The notes: generated from the sequence alone by a model not told the origin. 64,000 bases of DNA from an uncultured virus (IMG/VR IMGVR_UViG_3300042006_000071) (IMGVR_UViG_3300042006_000071), one strand, 5' to 3'; positions 47,143 to 56,888 are shown, counted from the first letter of the stretch. Made by a program: numbers and translations.

Positions 47143-48207
47143 TCAGGCAACCTTCATGCTGTAGGTGGCATTCGGGTCGCGCGGAACCATCAGCGGTGCC
47201 GATTGGGTCAGCAGGTATTCCTGCGACGGATCAGGGATGATCCAGTTCTTGAAGTGGAACTCCATCGGCAGGAAGCCCGCGTCGATGTCCTTGATCGCGC
47301 CGAAGCAGCGGGTGCCGCCCATCGCGTCAGGGGCCACGCCGCAGACGGTGTTCTGGTCGAGGTAGAACTCTTCCAGGCCGGTTTCGGGGTTGATGAAGCG
47401 AGTGGTGTCCACCCAGCAGTCAATCGCACCCTGGCCGTTCACGCCAGCGAGGCGACCCATGTACTCGATGGAGTCAGGGTAGCCATCGGTCAGCGCGTTC
47501 AGGCGGGTGACGCCGGACTGTTGCAGGCCCAGGTAGCGGGTATCCAGAATGTCCTTCAGATCGACACGCTGGGTGAACAGTTCCCAGGCGTTCGCGCCGA
47601 AGATAACGGTCTTGATGCGAGCGCCGGACTGGCCGTTCGCTTCGATACGCGCATCCTTCAGGTCGTCCAGTGGCTTCGCGGTGGCCTGATCCCACTTGGC
47701 CGCGCCGGTCAGGGTGATGGTCAGGTTGGCGTGACGGCGGAAGTCCACCAGCGTTTCCGGGTAGTCTTCACCGCTGATGGTGACTTTACCGTCGATGGTC
47801 GCGCGTGCAGCCAGCCAGTTGAAGGTGTTTTGCAGCTTCTCCTTCTGCTGTTGCAGCAGGTACGCCTTGACCGCATCGCGGCGCTGTGCGATGGACAGGG
47901 AGCCGCCCAGCGATTCACCGGCTTGACGATCCATGTGCATCGTGTAGTCCACGATGTCCTTCTGCTTCGAGTAGGCCGGTTTGAAACGGTCAGTCTCGAA
48001 GCCTGCCAGCTTGCCAGGACGACCGGCGACGTTAGGCACGACGAACGGTGCCAGCGCGCGGTGATCTTCGTACACGCGGTCGAACATGATGTAATCCTGC
48101 TCGAAGTTGATCTGGCGCTTGTAGAACTCGTTCAGCCAGAAGCGTGGCGCGGTTTTGATGCGGCGCTGGATGCCTGCCAGCGTAACGAGGTCGAAAATGT
48201 CAGCCAT
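47143..48207 (-). CDS. major capsid protein (lambda E family)
   Basis: LAPFVVP, FKPAYSKQK, LLTQSAPL motifs; 354 aa. Confidence 0.95.
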   Translation of the reverse strand: MADIFDLVTLAGIQRRIKTAPRFWLNEFYKRQINFEQDYIMFDRVYEDHRALAPFVVPNVAGRPGKLAGFETDRFKPAYSKQKDIVDYTMHMDRQAGESLGGSLSIAQRRDAVKAYLLQQQKEKLQNTFNWLAARATIDGKVTISGEDYPETLVDFRRHANLTITLTGAAKWDQATAKPLDDLKDARIEANGQSGARIKTVIFGANAWELFTQRVDLKDILDTRYLGLQQSGVTRLNALTDGYPDSIEYMGRLAGVNGQGAIDCWVDTTRFINPETGLEEFYLDQNTVCGVAPDAMGGTRCFGAIKDIDAGFLPMEFHFKNWIIPDPSQEYLLTQSAPLMVPRDPNATYSMKVA

Positions 48208-48254
48208 GATTGCTGTTCTCCTGTTTCAGTTTAAGGTTGTTGATGGCCGACCGA

Positions 48255-48644
48255 TTAGATCAGGTGGCCCACACGCAGGCCCATCGAGCCTTGCAGGCCG
48301 GTCTTGCGTTCTTCGTAGGTGTTCCACGCTGCCGGGAAGTTGACGGCCTCGTGGTTGAACTTACCGGAATCCCAGTAAGGCACTGCTTGGCCGATGGCGT
48401 CGATTTGCACGGCGGTGATGACGGCCTGCTTCGGATCGTGGGTGGCCGGGTCGAAGGCGACGACGGTGTTGTCGGCCAGGAGCGCAGCGAGCGAGTAGAT
48501 CGGCAGGGTTGCTACTGCCGACACGCCAGCGTCGGTGATGACCGGAGTGCCGCCGATCCACAGTTGGAACGGTTGGCGCGAACCCAGGGCTTCATAGCCA
48601 GCCAGGTCTTTCTTCGGGTCGATTGGGGTTTTGTCTGCTGCCAT
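48255..48644 (-). CDS. head decoration protein (lambda D-like)
   Basis: SGKFNHEAVNFP motif; between protease and capsid genes. Confidence 0.85.
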   Translation of the reverse strand: MAADKTPIDPKKDLAGYEALGSRQPFQLWIGGTPVITDAGVSAVATLPIYSLAALLADNTVVAFDPATHDPKQAVITAVQIDAIGQAVPYWDSGKFNHEAVNFPAAWNTYEERKTGLQGSMGLRVGHLI

Positions 48645-48678
48645 GATGATGCTCTCCTTGGTTTAGGCTGCGGTTGGA

Positions 48679-49137
48679 TTACTTGCGGAAGTCCATGCCG
48701 GTCGCCATTGCCAGGGAACCCAGCACTGCCGACACGCGGTCTTGCGTAGCGTTTTCGTTTGCTGCTGCGTCGGCACCAACGCCAGCGCCGCCGTTCTCGG
48801 CCATCGCCTTGGCGAACTGATTCGGCTTCTGTTCTTCAGCCTTGTCTTTGCCGGTGTTGTCGCCGCCTTCAGCCTTGTCGCCGTCTTTACCGGCAGTGGC
48901 CTTGTCGGCTTCCTTGCCGGTCGGTGCGGCGGCAGCAGGCGCTTCCGGCGCAGCGGCCAGCAGCATCGCTTGTGCGTCGGCCAGCGACAGGCTGGTGTTC
49001 AGTGCGAGGTGGTTTGCCAGGGCCGACTTGCCCTTGGCTTCTTCGCACGACAGGATCGACTTCACGCGCTCGCGTTCCGCCTTCTGTGCTGCGGCCTGAT
49101 CGACCGTGCCGCCGCCTGCTGCTTCTGGTTTGTCCAT
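48679..49137 (-). CDS. nested in-frame scaffolding protein (Nu3-like)
   Basis: Internal AAGGAG RBS and in-frame ATG at 49137; AERERVKSIL motif. Confidence 0.7.
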   Translation of the reverse strand: MDKPEAAGGGTVDQAAAQKAERERVKSILSCEEAKGKSALANHLALNTSLSLADAQAMLLAAAPEAPAAAAPTGKEADKATAGKDGDKAEGGDNTGKDKAEEQKPNQFAKAMAENGGAGVGADAAANENATQDRVSAVLGSLAMATGMDFRK

Positions 49138-50064
49138 GCTTTGCTCCTTGGTAGTTTCAGTAGTGTTTGCCGCGCCTTGAGCAGATGCGCTTTCGGTGTC
49201 GGCGTCGATAAGTGATTGCAGCGCCACGGTAGGTTCCGCAATCGCATGAATCAAGCCGATGGCGAGTGCGTCATCGGCCCGATACGTGCGGGCCTCGGTA
49301 TCATAGACAACTTTCGAGTCCAGGCCCATGTTTTCAGAGACGACCTTCACAAACTTGGCGCGGGACTTGTCCACGCCCGCCTGGATGTCAGCCTTCACTT
49401 CTTTCGGCAGCGGCTCATACGGATTGCCATCGACCTTGTGATCGCCGCTGTGGATGAAGGTGACTGTGACGCCGAAATCCTTCATCGCTTTGCTGAAGTC
49501 CACATGCATCGCCACCACGCCAATGGAGCCGACGCCAGCGCTCGGAATGGCGATGATCTTGTCGGCTGCGGAGGCCAGGGCGTAGGACGCGCTGTAGCAA
49601 TTCGAGTCCACCACCGCGACGATCTTTTTGCCCTTGCCGCGAGTGGCCGCGATGCGCGCCGACTGCTCGAAGCAACCGGCAGCTTCGCCGCCGAACGAGT
49701 TGTGGTCGTGGATGATGGTGTGAACGTCGTCGTCCGCCATCGCGGCCATGTGCTGCGCGTTGATGAAGTTGTAGCCGGTGACGTAGCCGTAGCTGGAACC
49801 GAAGCGGTTCAGCAGCGTGCCGTGGACGGGGATGATGGCGAAGCCTTCAGCGAACGCGAACGGCTTGCTCTGCTCGCGGCGGCTGAAACCATACGCCTCG
49901 CACAGTTCATGGCGACGGGCTTCGAGCCGCTGCTGCTCGACTTCCGGGTTCGCCATCATCATCGCGTGCAGGTCGGCCTGCATCATGGCCTGGGCGTGGT
50001 GCGCGACAAACTGCTCGCGCAGGTTCATGCGGTTGAGAGCGCTGCGCGCTACGTGCTCGCTCAT
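48679..50064 (-). CDS. S49 prohead protease/scaffold (lambda C-like)
   Basis: NSFGGE, CYSASYALAS, GSIGVV, GDHKVDGNPYEPL. Confidence 0.92.
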   Translation of the reverse strand: MSEHVARSALNRMNLREQFVAHHAQAMMQADLHAMMMANPEVEQQRLEARRHELCEAYGFSRREQSKPFAFAEGFAIIPVHGTLLNRFGSSYGYVTGYNFINAQHMAAMADDDVHTIIHDHNSFGGEAAGCFEQSARIAATRGKGKKIVAVVDSNCYSASYALASAADKIIAIPSAGVGSIGVVAMHVDFSKAMKDFGVTVTFIHSGDHKVDGNPYEPLPKEVKADIQAGVDKSRAKFVKVVSENMGLDSKVVYDTEARTYRADDALAIGLIHAIAEPTVALQSLIDADTESASAQGAANTTETTKEQSMDKPEAAGGGTVDQAAAQKAERERVKSILSCEEAKGKSALANHLALNTSLSLADAQAMLLAAAPEAPAAAAPTGKEADKATAGKDGDKAEGGDNTGKDKAEEQKPNQFAKAMAENGGAGVGADAAANENATQDRVSAVLGSLAMATGMDFRK

Positions 50065-51758
50065 TTCGTACCTCCTTGTTTTTTCGGTTGAGATTTCTTG
50101 TCCTGCGAGTTGCGACCGTTCGACTGGTTTTCATTCGCATCCTGTTCATCCGGGTCGCCGTCGTCTTGCGAGCCTTGCGCGGCACCGCCGCCTTTACCGC
50201 CCGACAGATCAAAGGTCAGGCCCAGTTCTTCCTGCATGCGCACTTCACGCGCACGCTGACGCCACACCTTGCGGATGTCCTTGCCCAGCAGCGCCGCTTC
50301 TTCCTGCCACGTCGAGAGGCCACCGGCGATGCGCATCAGCGCCGCCTGGGTTTCCTTCGTCTCGTCGATCTGGCCGCGTGCCGCACCGATCCACTCGCAG
50401 GAGCACAACGCCTCGCGCATGTACGGATCGTAGAAGTTGAAGTTTGGCGGCAGAGGGATCACGCTGTCGTCGCGGTTGATCTCTTCTTCCAGCCACATGA
50501 TGTACATCATCGTGGCGTACTTGTCGGCCACGGTCTTCTTCCGACCCTGCATGAACTTCCACGTCTCGGCCATCGAGGCGCGCGCCGACGAGTAGTTGGT
50601 CTTCGTGTAGTCCTTGCTGAACTGCTCGTAGGACAGGCCCAGCGGCGATGCGATGTGGCGCAGCAGGGACTCTTCAAAGTCCGTGCCGACACCGCCCGGC
50701 GTGCCAGCGTTTTGCAGGTTCAGCTTCGTGCCGGGGAACAGGTGCGGCATCTTCACGCCATCCACGGCGATCTTGTCGCTGGCGTTGACGTAGTTGGTCA
50801 GCGCCGTCATGTACTCGCCAAGCATGTTCGCAAAGCCAGGACCACCGGCACCCATGCTTTGGAAAATCGCTTCGGTCGGCAGTTCGGATTCGATGGCCGC
50901 AGCGTAAGTCGCATTGACCACGGCGTTTTGCAGAACGATGTCGTTGAACTTCTTCGTCATCTTCATCTGCTTCAGCACCGACACCATGTCGGAGACGCCG
51001 CGAGTCTGGTCAGGCTGCATCGTCTCCTTGATGTGGATGACCATGCGACGGCCCCATTTCGTGAACGCTGGCACGCGCTTCCACTGTGGCAGCAGGCCCA
51101 TCAGCAGGTAGTCGCCGGGGTATGCAGTGCGGATGTAATAGGCCAGCGAGCGACCGTACATATCGCGCTCGATACCGGCGCGCAGATCGGGTGTGTCCAA
51201 GGTGCCGTCAGGGTTCGACAGGCGGGTCGGCGAGAGGCTTTGGAACGCGGTGTTGAACGGGCGACCGCGCTGCTTGTCCAGCCACTCGCCGGTTGCCAGA
51301 ATCTCGCCGGTATAGCCGAAGCCGACGACGCCGAGGCGGATGATGTCGGTGAAGGTCATCTGGCCTGCCGCGTCGAACCAGTTCTCGGTGGACTTCGCCA
51401 TCAGGTTGAAGCGCGACTCGACGACGAGTGCGAACTGGTCGGCCCACTCTTCAGTCGCACCCAGCGCCTCCCAGTCCGGCGTGCAGATCAGGTTGAACTG
51501 CGAGCCGACGATGGAGTCACGGTGGATGTGCATCGCGCCGGTCATGTAGCCGTCGTTCTGCACGGAGTCACGACCGCGTGCGTCCATCAGGTCTTTGTTG
51601 CGGTTGATCTGCATGTCGGGCGATTGGATCGCCGGACGCCAGGAGGCCATTTCACGCGACCAGCGAGCAGCACCTTCAATGCCGCCCATTGCGTTTTCAG
51701 TGACAGGGGCCAGGGCTGTCGATTCGGAGACAGATACCGTTGGATGTCGTTTGCCCAT
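50061..51758 (-). CDS. portal protein (lambda B family)
   Basis: QTRGVS, NYSSARAS, IDETKE motifs. Confidence 0.95.
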   Translation of the reverse strand: MGKRHPTVSVSESTALAPVTENAMGGIEGAARWSREMASWRPAIQSPDMQINRNKDLMDARGRDSVQNDGYMTGAMHIHRDSIVGSQFNLICTPDWEALGATEEWADQFALVVESRFNLMAKSTENWFDAAGQMTFTDIIRLGVVGFGYTGEILATGEWLDKQRGRPFNTAFQSLSPTRLSNPDGTLDTPDLRAGIERDMYGRSLAYYIRTAYPGDYLLMGLLPQWKRVPAFTKWGRRMVIHIKETMQPDQTRGVSDMVSVLKQMKMTKKFNDIVLQNAVVNATYAAAIESELPTEAIFQSMGAGGPGFANMLGEYMTALTNYVNASDKIAVDGVKMPHLFPGTKLNLQNAGTPGGVGTDFEESLLRHIASPLGLSYEQFSKDYTKTNYSSARASMAETWKFMQGRKKTVADKYATMMYIMWLEEEINRDDSVIPLPPNFNFYDPYMREALCSCEWIGAARGQIDETKETQAALMRIAGGLSTWQEEAALLGKDIRKVWRQRAREVRMQEELGLTFDLSGGKGGGAAQGSQDDGDPDEQDANENQSNGRNSQDKKSQPKKQGGTK

Positions 51759-51764
51759 GATCGC

Positions 51765-52013
51765 TTAGAAGTAGAAGGTTGCAGGGGACTTCGGCAGCGA
51801 CGCGAACGGCGAGCCGATGCCGAGTGCCGATTGCAGCGAGGCGATGTAGTTGTACAGGTCGGTCTTGCGGGCGGCGGTGAACTCCACGCGCTCGCCGTTC
51901 TGATCGACCACCACGCGGGCCGACTGGCCGGTCACAAGCTGGTGGTACGCCTTCTGTGCTTCGGTCAGGCGGGCCTGATAAAGCACGGTTTCTGCTGGTG
52001 TCAGTGTCATCAT
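51765..52013 (-). CDS. head-tail joining protein (gpW family)
   Basis: AYHQLVTG...DQNGERVEFT motif. Confidence 0.9.
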   Translation of the reverse strand: MMTLTPAETVLYQARLTEAQKAYHQLVTGQSARVVVDQNGERVEFTAARKTDLYNYIASLQSALGIGSPFASLPKSPATFYF

Positions 52014-52023
52014 GGTTTCCTCT

Positions 52024-54099
52024 CTATGCAAGCGCCTGGGCCATCCCGGCAAAATCGTAGCCGGATTTTACTTTAGTTTCATGGGCGTTCTGCCCTTGCG
52101 GAACTCGCACGAAGTCGTTGGTGTCCCACTCGCTCGCCCAGGATGGTGGGTTCGACCAGTCGATTGCCTCCACCCGGACATACGCGCTGACCGCGAGGCC
52201 GATGGCGTAGTAGGACAAGTCCCAGGCTTCGTTACGTGCGGTGCCGGTGCGCTCCCAGCCCTTATCGGTTCGCACCTCGGAACACAATTCGTTGTAGTAG
52301 TCGATAGGGAGCCAGTCGGGGAATCGGTACATGCCCTTGCCCGGCTCGATGCAGTCCAGGCGACCGTCGAGGTCATCCTTGATGATGTTCGAGTTCAGCA
52401 TCAGCACCGGCACGTCGCCGCGCGCCGCCGACTTGCTGTCCTTGCGGCCGGAATCGGGGAACGACACGCGAGCGCGCGGCTGGCCGGGCTTGCCCTCGCC
52501 CTTCAGCAGCACGAAGCGCTGGTGTTTGCCCTGCGTGACCAGCCAGCGCCAGAAGTCGTAGGCGCGGGACGTGACGCCCTCTTTGCCGCCGCTGTCACAC
52601 CCGGTGATCTTGATTGCCATCATGCGACCGGAGCCATCGTCCAATTCATACTCGCGCTCCATCACCTGCTCGACGATCAGCTTCCAGTCTTCGAGATAGG
52701 CGTGCGGGCGCACCGGCAGCGGATCGCCGTCGTCGTCCCTGCGCTTCGACTTGACGATGTGGAAGCGGTCGATCATCACCATGTCGAACGGCTGGCCCGG
52801 CAGGATGCCATTCACCTGCACCGCGAAGCCGCCCTTCTGCACGTCGATCAGCGCCTCAAGGAATCGAACGCCGACAGGCACCTTCTTCTCGGCCAGCGGC
52901 TCGGCGCGCGCCTTGATCGCTTCAGGCAGGCGAATCTCCATCGACGCTTTGGACAGGTACGGCTCGCCCAGGTCGTTGTTGTAGAACTTCTTCAGCGCGT
53001 CTTCGGAGCCGGTGCGCTCGTAGCTGTCCTCGGCGTCGAGGTACATCACCAGAAGCTCTTTCCAGTTCACGAACGATGCTGCCACGCCGCGCAGCCAGAA
53101 CGACGCGATCTTCGAGCGCAGCGCCTTGCCGAACTTCTTGCCGAAGCGGTTGATCGACTCGCCATCGCGCACCCACAAGCCCCACAGGTTCATTTCGTAG
53201 CGCTCGTCCTGATGGATCGGGAAGTCGCAGGCCGGGCAGTGCATGCGCACCGTCTCGGCCACGTCGAGGTTGGACATACCCTCCTTCTTGTCCCATTGCA
53301 GATGCGTGAACTTGCCCTCGAAGTAGTGATCGCAGTGCGGGCAGGGCCAGTACCAACGGCGGCGATCCCCACGGTTGTAGAGGCCGATGATCCCGTTGCA
53401 CGGCGGCGCTTCGTGCGCCGTCTTCGGAATCCACTTCATGTCGATCACTTCGCGCGACGGCGAGGACTCGGCCACGGTCATCGCGTTGGACTTGTAGGTC
53501 GTGGTTCGCTTCGCCGACAAGTCGAATGGCTCACCGTCGCCGCCGATGTCATCTTCCATGCGGTCACGGTCGGTCAGGATCACGCGCCCGATTGGCTTAC
53601 CGGCCAGTTCGGTCGGCGTCGGCCAGGACAGCGACAGGATCATCCCGTTGCGGTACTGCTTGTCGAACGTGTTGTCGTTCGCGGAGCCGGGCATCATCAG
53701 CTTGCCGACTTGATCGCTGTAGGTGTTGAGGCGATCCACACGGCGCATGGAGAAGTCACGCGCTGCGGTGTTGGTCGGGCAGACGATCATCATGTCCATC
53801 GGGTCGATGATGACGGAGTAGAGGATCGTGTTGATAATCAGCGAGTCGGTCTTGCCGCACTGCGCCGGGCCGACGAACACCATGCCGGTGTACTCGGTGG
53901 ACGCGAACACGTCCATCGGCTCGCGCATGTACGGCACCTTTGAATTGAGCCAGGGGCCGACATAAGCGCCTGGGCTGTTCACGTAGCGGTACTTCGCCGC
54001 CGCGTCCGACACGCTCATGCGCTCCGGGGGTCGCAGCATTTCGGCACAGTCGAACACCAGCGCGTGAATGGCGTCGAACTCTTTCACATCAAAGTTCAT
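52024..54099 (-). CDS. terL: terminase large subunit (lambda gpA family)
   Basis: PYMREPM, AQCGKT, SSPS, GDRRRWYWPCPHC, DVQ, NEAWD motifs. Confidence 0.95.
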   Translation of the reverse strand: MNFDVKEFDAIHALVFDCAEMLRPPERMSVSDAAAKYRYVNSPGAYVGPWLNSKVPYMREPMDVFASTEYTGMVFVGPAQCGKTDSLIINTILYSVIIDPMDMMIVCPTNTAARDFSMRRVDRLNTYSDQVGKLMMPGSANDNTFDKQYRNGMILSLSWPTPTELAGKPIGRVILTDRDRMEDDIGGDGEPFDLSAKRTTTYKSNAMTVAESSPSREVIDMKWIPKTAHEAPPCNGIIGLYNRGDRRRWYWPCPHCDHYFEGKFTHLQWDKKEGMSNLDVAETVRMHCPACDFPIHQDERYEMNLWGLWVRDGESINRFGKKFGKALRSKIASFWLRGVAASFVNWKELLVMYLDAEDSYERTGSEDALKKFYNNDLGEPYLSKASMEIRLPEAIKARAEPLAEKKVPVGVRFLEALIDVQKGGFAVQVNGILPGQPFDMVMIDRFHIVKSKRRDDDGDPLPVRPHAYLEDWKLIVEQVMEREYELDDGSGRMMAIKITGCDSGGKEGVTSRAYDFWRWLVTQGKHQRFVLLKGEGKPGQPRARVSFPDSGRKDSKSAARGDVPVLMLNSNIIKDDLDGRLDCIEPGKGMYRFPDWLPIDYYNELCSEVRTDKGWERTGTARNEAWDLSYYAIGLAVSAYVRVEAIDWSNPPSWASEWDTNDFVRVPQGQNAHETKVKSGYDFAGMAQALA

Positions 54100-54811
54100 C
54101 TTCTTCTTCCTCCCGCAGTGCTTCACGCAGCACGCGCAGTACGATCTTCGGATTCAACTCGGCCAGTTCGACCATCGCATCGAACGCTTCGTCGTCAACT
54201 TGCAGCAGCACGTGCAGCTTCTCCGACATGCTGCGCGCGGCTTCACCCACCGGCATCGGATTGTCCTGGCGATCCCTCTTCGGCTTGAACTGCTCGCGCA
54301 CAGAGGCATACATCTGTTCCAGCATGGAGTCGCCCAACTGCTTCACGATGCGGCGCTGCGTGTCGGTCAGTTCGGCCTGCTGCTCCACGCCGTCGCACAT
54401 CAGGCGCACGGACATCTTCATCAGCTTCGCCAGCGCGCCGAAGACGCTGACCACGCGGTCGGTCGGCCACAAGTCGCCGTAGCGTTCCTCGACCTCCTGG
54501 CGCGTCTTCAGCGCGGCCCAAAACTCCTTCGACAAATGCTTCGGAAGGTCGTTGTGGTGCATGCGCTTCAGGTACGTCTCGATGTCGCCGACCGGCTTCA
54601 CCAGATGCGGAGCGGCCACGTCCAGCCGCCATGTCTCGGTGCCGTTTCGTTCGCCGGTCGCCGGGACGCCGTGCAGCTTCTCGACCAGTACCCGGTGATC
54701 CATTCGGAATGCAATGCTCAACTGGGACAGGTTCAAGCCGTCATAGAGCATTTCGCGGGATTCGTCGTCCAGGCTCGATACCCGGCGACGTGTGGTGTGT
54801 TGTGAGGCCAT
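54089..54811 (-). CDS. terS: terminase small subunit (ends -EDEL)
   Basis: N-terminal HTH; KEFWAAL...GDLWPT; directly upstream of terL. Confidence 0.8.
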   Translation of the reverse strand: MASQHTTRRRVSSLDDESREMLYDGLNLSQLSIAFRMDHRVLVEKLHGVPATGERNGTETWRLDVAAPHLVKPVGDIETYLKRMHHNDLPKHLSKEFWAALKTRQEVEERYGDLWPTDRVVSVFGALAKLMKMSVRLMCDGVEQQAELTDTQRRIVKQLGDSMLEQMYASVREQFKPKRDRQDNPMPVGEAARSMSEKLHVLLQVDDEAFDAMVELAELNPKIVLRVLREALREEEEDEL

Positions 54812-55017
54812 TAGATTCGTTCCTTGATTAGCTGTTGCAGCGAGCGCTGCGGCAGACGGAGGATGTCTGCGACGTGGTAGCGGTGATACGGTTGCAGCGG
54901 GCGGGAGCCGTTGCGGTAGGCGGCGTATGTAGGGTACGCGATGCCTATCAGCTTGCAGGCTTGCGGAGGGCCGAGGCCCACGGCTTCCTCAAACTTGACA
55001 AGAATTTTGTTGACCAT
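54811..55017 (-). CDS. small Cro/CI-type HTH protein
   Basis: PPQACKLIGIAYPTYAAYRNGSRP; first gene behind late promoter. Confidence 0.75.
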   Translation of the reverse strand: MVNKILVKFEEAVGLGPPQACKLIGIAYPTYAAYRNGSRPLQPYHRYHVADILRLPQRSLQQLIKERI

Positions 55018-55052
55018 GAAATAAAAATCCCCACCTATCCAATGAATAGGTG

Positions 55053-55081
55053 AGGATAATAACCGCGTTCGGCCTTGTCAG
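55053..55081 (-). promoter_or_regulatory. late/packaging promoter with degenerate dyad (55060-55080)
   Basis: CTGACA-17-TATCCT; TGACAAGG half-site. Confidence 0.6.
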
Positions 55082-55088
55082 TACGTTT

Positions 55089-56888
55089 TCAGAGTTCGTC
55101 GTAGCAGTCGGAGCCTGGGCCGCAAGGCCCGCCGATGTCGCCGCATTTCGGGCAGTGCTCGGTCGGCTCGTCGAAGCGTTCCTCGTCGGCCTCCTTGTCG
55201 GCGTAGTCGGTCAAGACCTCTCGCACCTCTTCCCACTCTTCCTGCGTCTTCGGCTGCGCCTTCATCTTCTTCAGCAGGGCCAGCAGTTTGCGTCGCATCT
55301 TCTTCAGAATCTTGAACAGCTTCTCCTGCACGTCGTCCTTGGCCTTCAGCACGTCCACCACTGTCTGATCCATCGTGTTCCGGCAGACGATGTGGATGAC
55401 GGTGACGCGGTTCTTCTGGCCCTGGCGATCCAGGCGACCGATGAATTGCTGGTACAGTTCGAGCGACCAGATGATGTCGAAGAAGACGATGATGTGACCG
55501 CCTTGTTGGAGGTTCAGGCCGTGACCGCCGCTGGCCGGGTGCATCGCCAGCATTGGAATCTTCCCGGCGTTCCAGGGCTTCTTCAGCTTGCCGTCCTTGT
55601 CCATGATCTTCAACTGCGGGAAGGCTTTCTTCAGCCGATCCTTGGACGACTTGTGGTGGTAGGCGATCAGGATGGGCTGACCCTGCGCTTCCTCCACGAT
55701 CTGCTTCAGCATTTCGATCTTGTGGTCGTGGATGCTGTGAACCTTCAACACCTTCACGTGATCGTCGTCTTCGGTCTGCCCTGGCCGCAACTGCACGTCG
55801 TACAGCACGCCGGACGCCATCTGCAACAACTTCTGCGACAACGCCGCCGCGTTTTCCGCCTTGACCACAGTGCCGTCGTCCAGCTTCAGCACCATGTCCT
55901 TTTCCATCGTCAGGTACTTGCGCATCTGCTCGTCGTCCATGTCCACGTAGCGGTTGACATAGACAGGCGGCACGGACGGCAGGTAGTCCTCACGCTTCAT
56001 CACAAGGCAGATGTCGCTGATGCGGGCCAGGATCGACTTCTCCGCGCCGGGCAGCAGCTTCAGCTTGTGCGTGTACGGGCATTCCTTGAAATACTTCTCG
56101 CGGTAGTGTGTGATCTTGCGGCCCAGGCGGTCGCCTTTGTCGAGCAGGAAAATCTGCGAGAACAGACCCTCGTAGCCCTCGGTGGCCGGTGTCGCGGTCA
56201 GGATGTGCAGGCGCTTGATTGGCTCGCTCGGCTGCGTGCGCACGGACTTCAGCGCCTCGAAGCGGCCCGACTTGTGATCCTTGAAGCCGCTGCTCTCGTC
56301 GATGATGACGATCTCGTAGGGCCACTTGCTGCCGTAGAAGTCCACCAACCATTCCAACCAGTCGCGGCTGATGACGTGAATCTGGCGCTTGTTCGTCGCG
56401 CCCTCTTCGCGCAGCTTGATCTTCAGCGCGGCGCACGCCTGCTGCGCGGCCTTGTCGGCGTACTTCGACTTCTCCTGGCCGACGTAGCGCATCGCCTCCG
56501 CTTCGATCATCGCGTCGGCGCGCACCTGCTTCCACTTCTCCTTCAGGCGCTTGTCGTCGTCCTCCACGTGGATCACGTTCGGCTCGAACGGCGCGAGGTG
56601 ACGCCACGTGCGGAACTCGTCGGGCCACGTGGTCAGCGCCACCTTCTTCGGGCCGACGATCAGCACCTTCTTGCCGTCCGTGATCTCGAAGTCGTTCAGA
56701 AGATCGACGATCAGCGTGCCGCACGAAACGGTCTTGCCCAGGCCCATGTCGATGAACAGGCCGGAGAACGGGTTCGCCTTCAGGAACTCCAACGCCGTGT
56801 TCTGGTAGCCGTGCATGTCACTGCGTTCAAGGGTCACGTCCTTGAACAGATCGCGGATCGCACGGTCAATCGCGCTCAACTCACTCAT
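55089..56888 (-). CDS. SNF2-type SF2 helicase (ends -YDEL)
   Basis: DMGLGKT, IIDESS, LTATP, GHGLNLQ, RLDRQGQ. Confidence 0.93.
   Translation of the reverse strand: MSELSAIDRAIRDLFKDVTLERSDMHGYQNTALEFLKANPFSGLFIDMGLGKTVSCGTLIVDLLNDFEITDGKKVLIVGPKKVALTTWPDEFRTWRHLAPFEPNVIHVEDDDKRLKEKWKQVRADAMIEAEAMRYVGQEKSKYADKAAQQACAALKIKLREEGATNKRQIHVISRDWLEWLVDFYGSKWPYEIVIIDESSGFKDHKSGRFEALKSVRTQPSEPIKRLHILTATPATEGYEGLFSQIFLLDKGDRLGRKITHYREKYFKECPYTHKLKLLPGAEKSILARISDICLVMKREDYLPSVPPVYVNRYVDMDDEQMRKYLTMEKDMVLKLDDGTVVKAENAAALSQKLLQMASGVLYDVQLRPGQTEDDDHVKVLKVHSIHDHKIEMLKQIVEEAQGQPILIAYHHKSSKDRLKKAFPQLKIMDKDGKLKKPWNAGKIPMLAMHPASGGHGLNLQQGGHIIVFFDIIWSLELYQQFIGRLDRQGQKNRVTVIHIVCRNTMDQTVVDVLKAKDDVQEKLFKILKKMRRKLLALLKKMKAQPKTQEEWEEVREVLTDYADKEADEERFDEPTEHCPKCGDIGGPCGPGSDCYDEL

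Noticed and set aside
54995..55016. TTGACAAG inside the HTH gene as another dyad site
   Set aside because: Second half-site does not match and it lies in coding sequence
7400..56888. Eukaryotic KDEL/HDEL ER-retention interpretation of the DEL tails
   Set aside because: This is a bacteriophage with sigma70 promoters and Shine-Dalgarno sites; the proteins lack signal peptides
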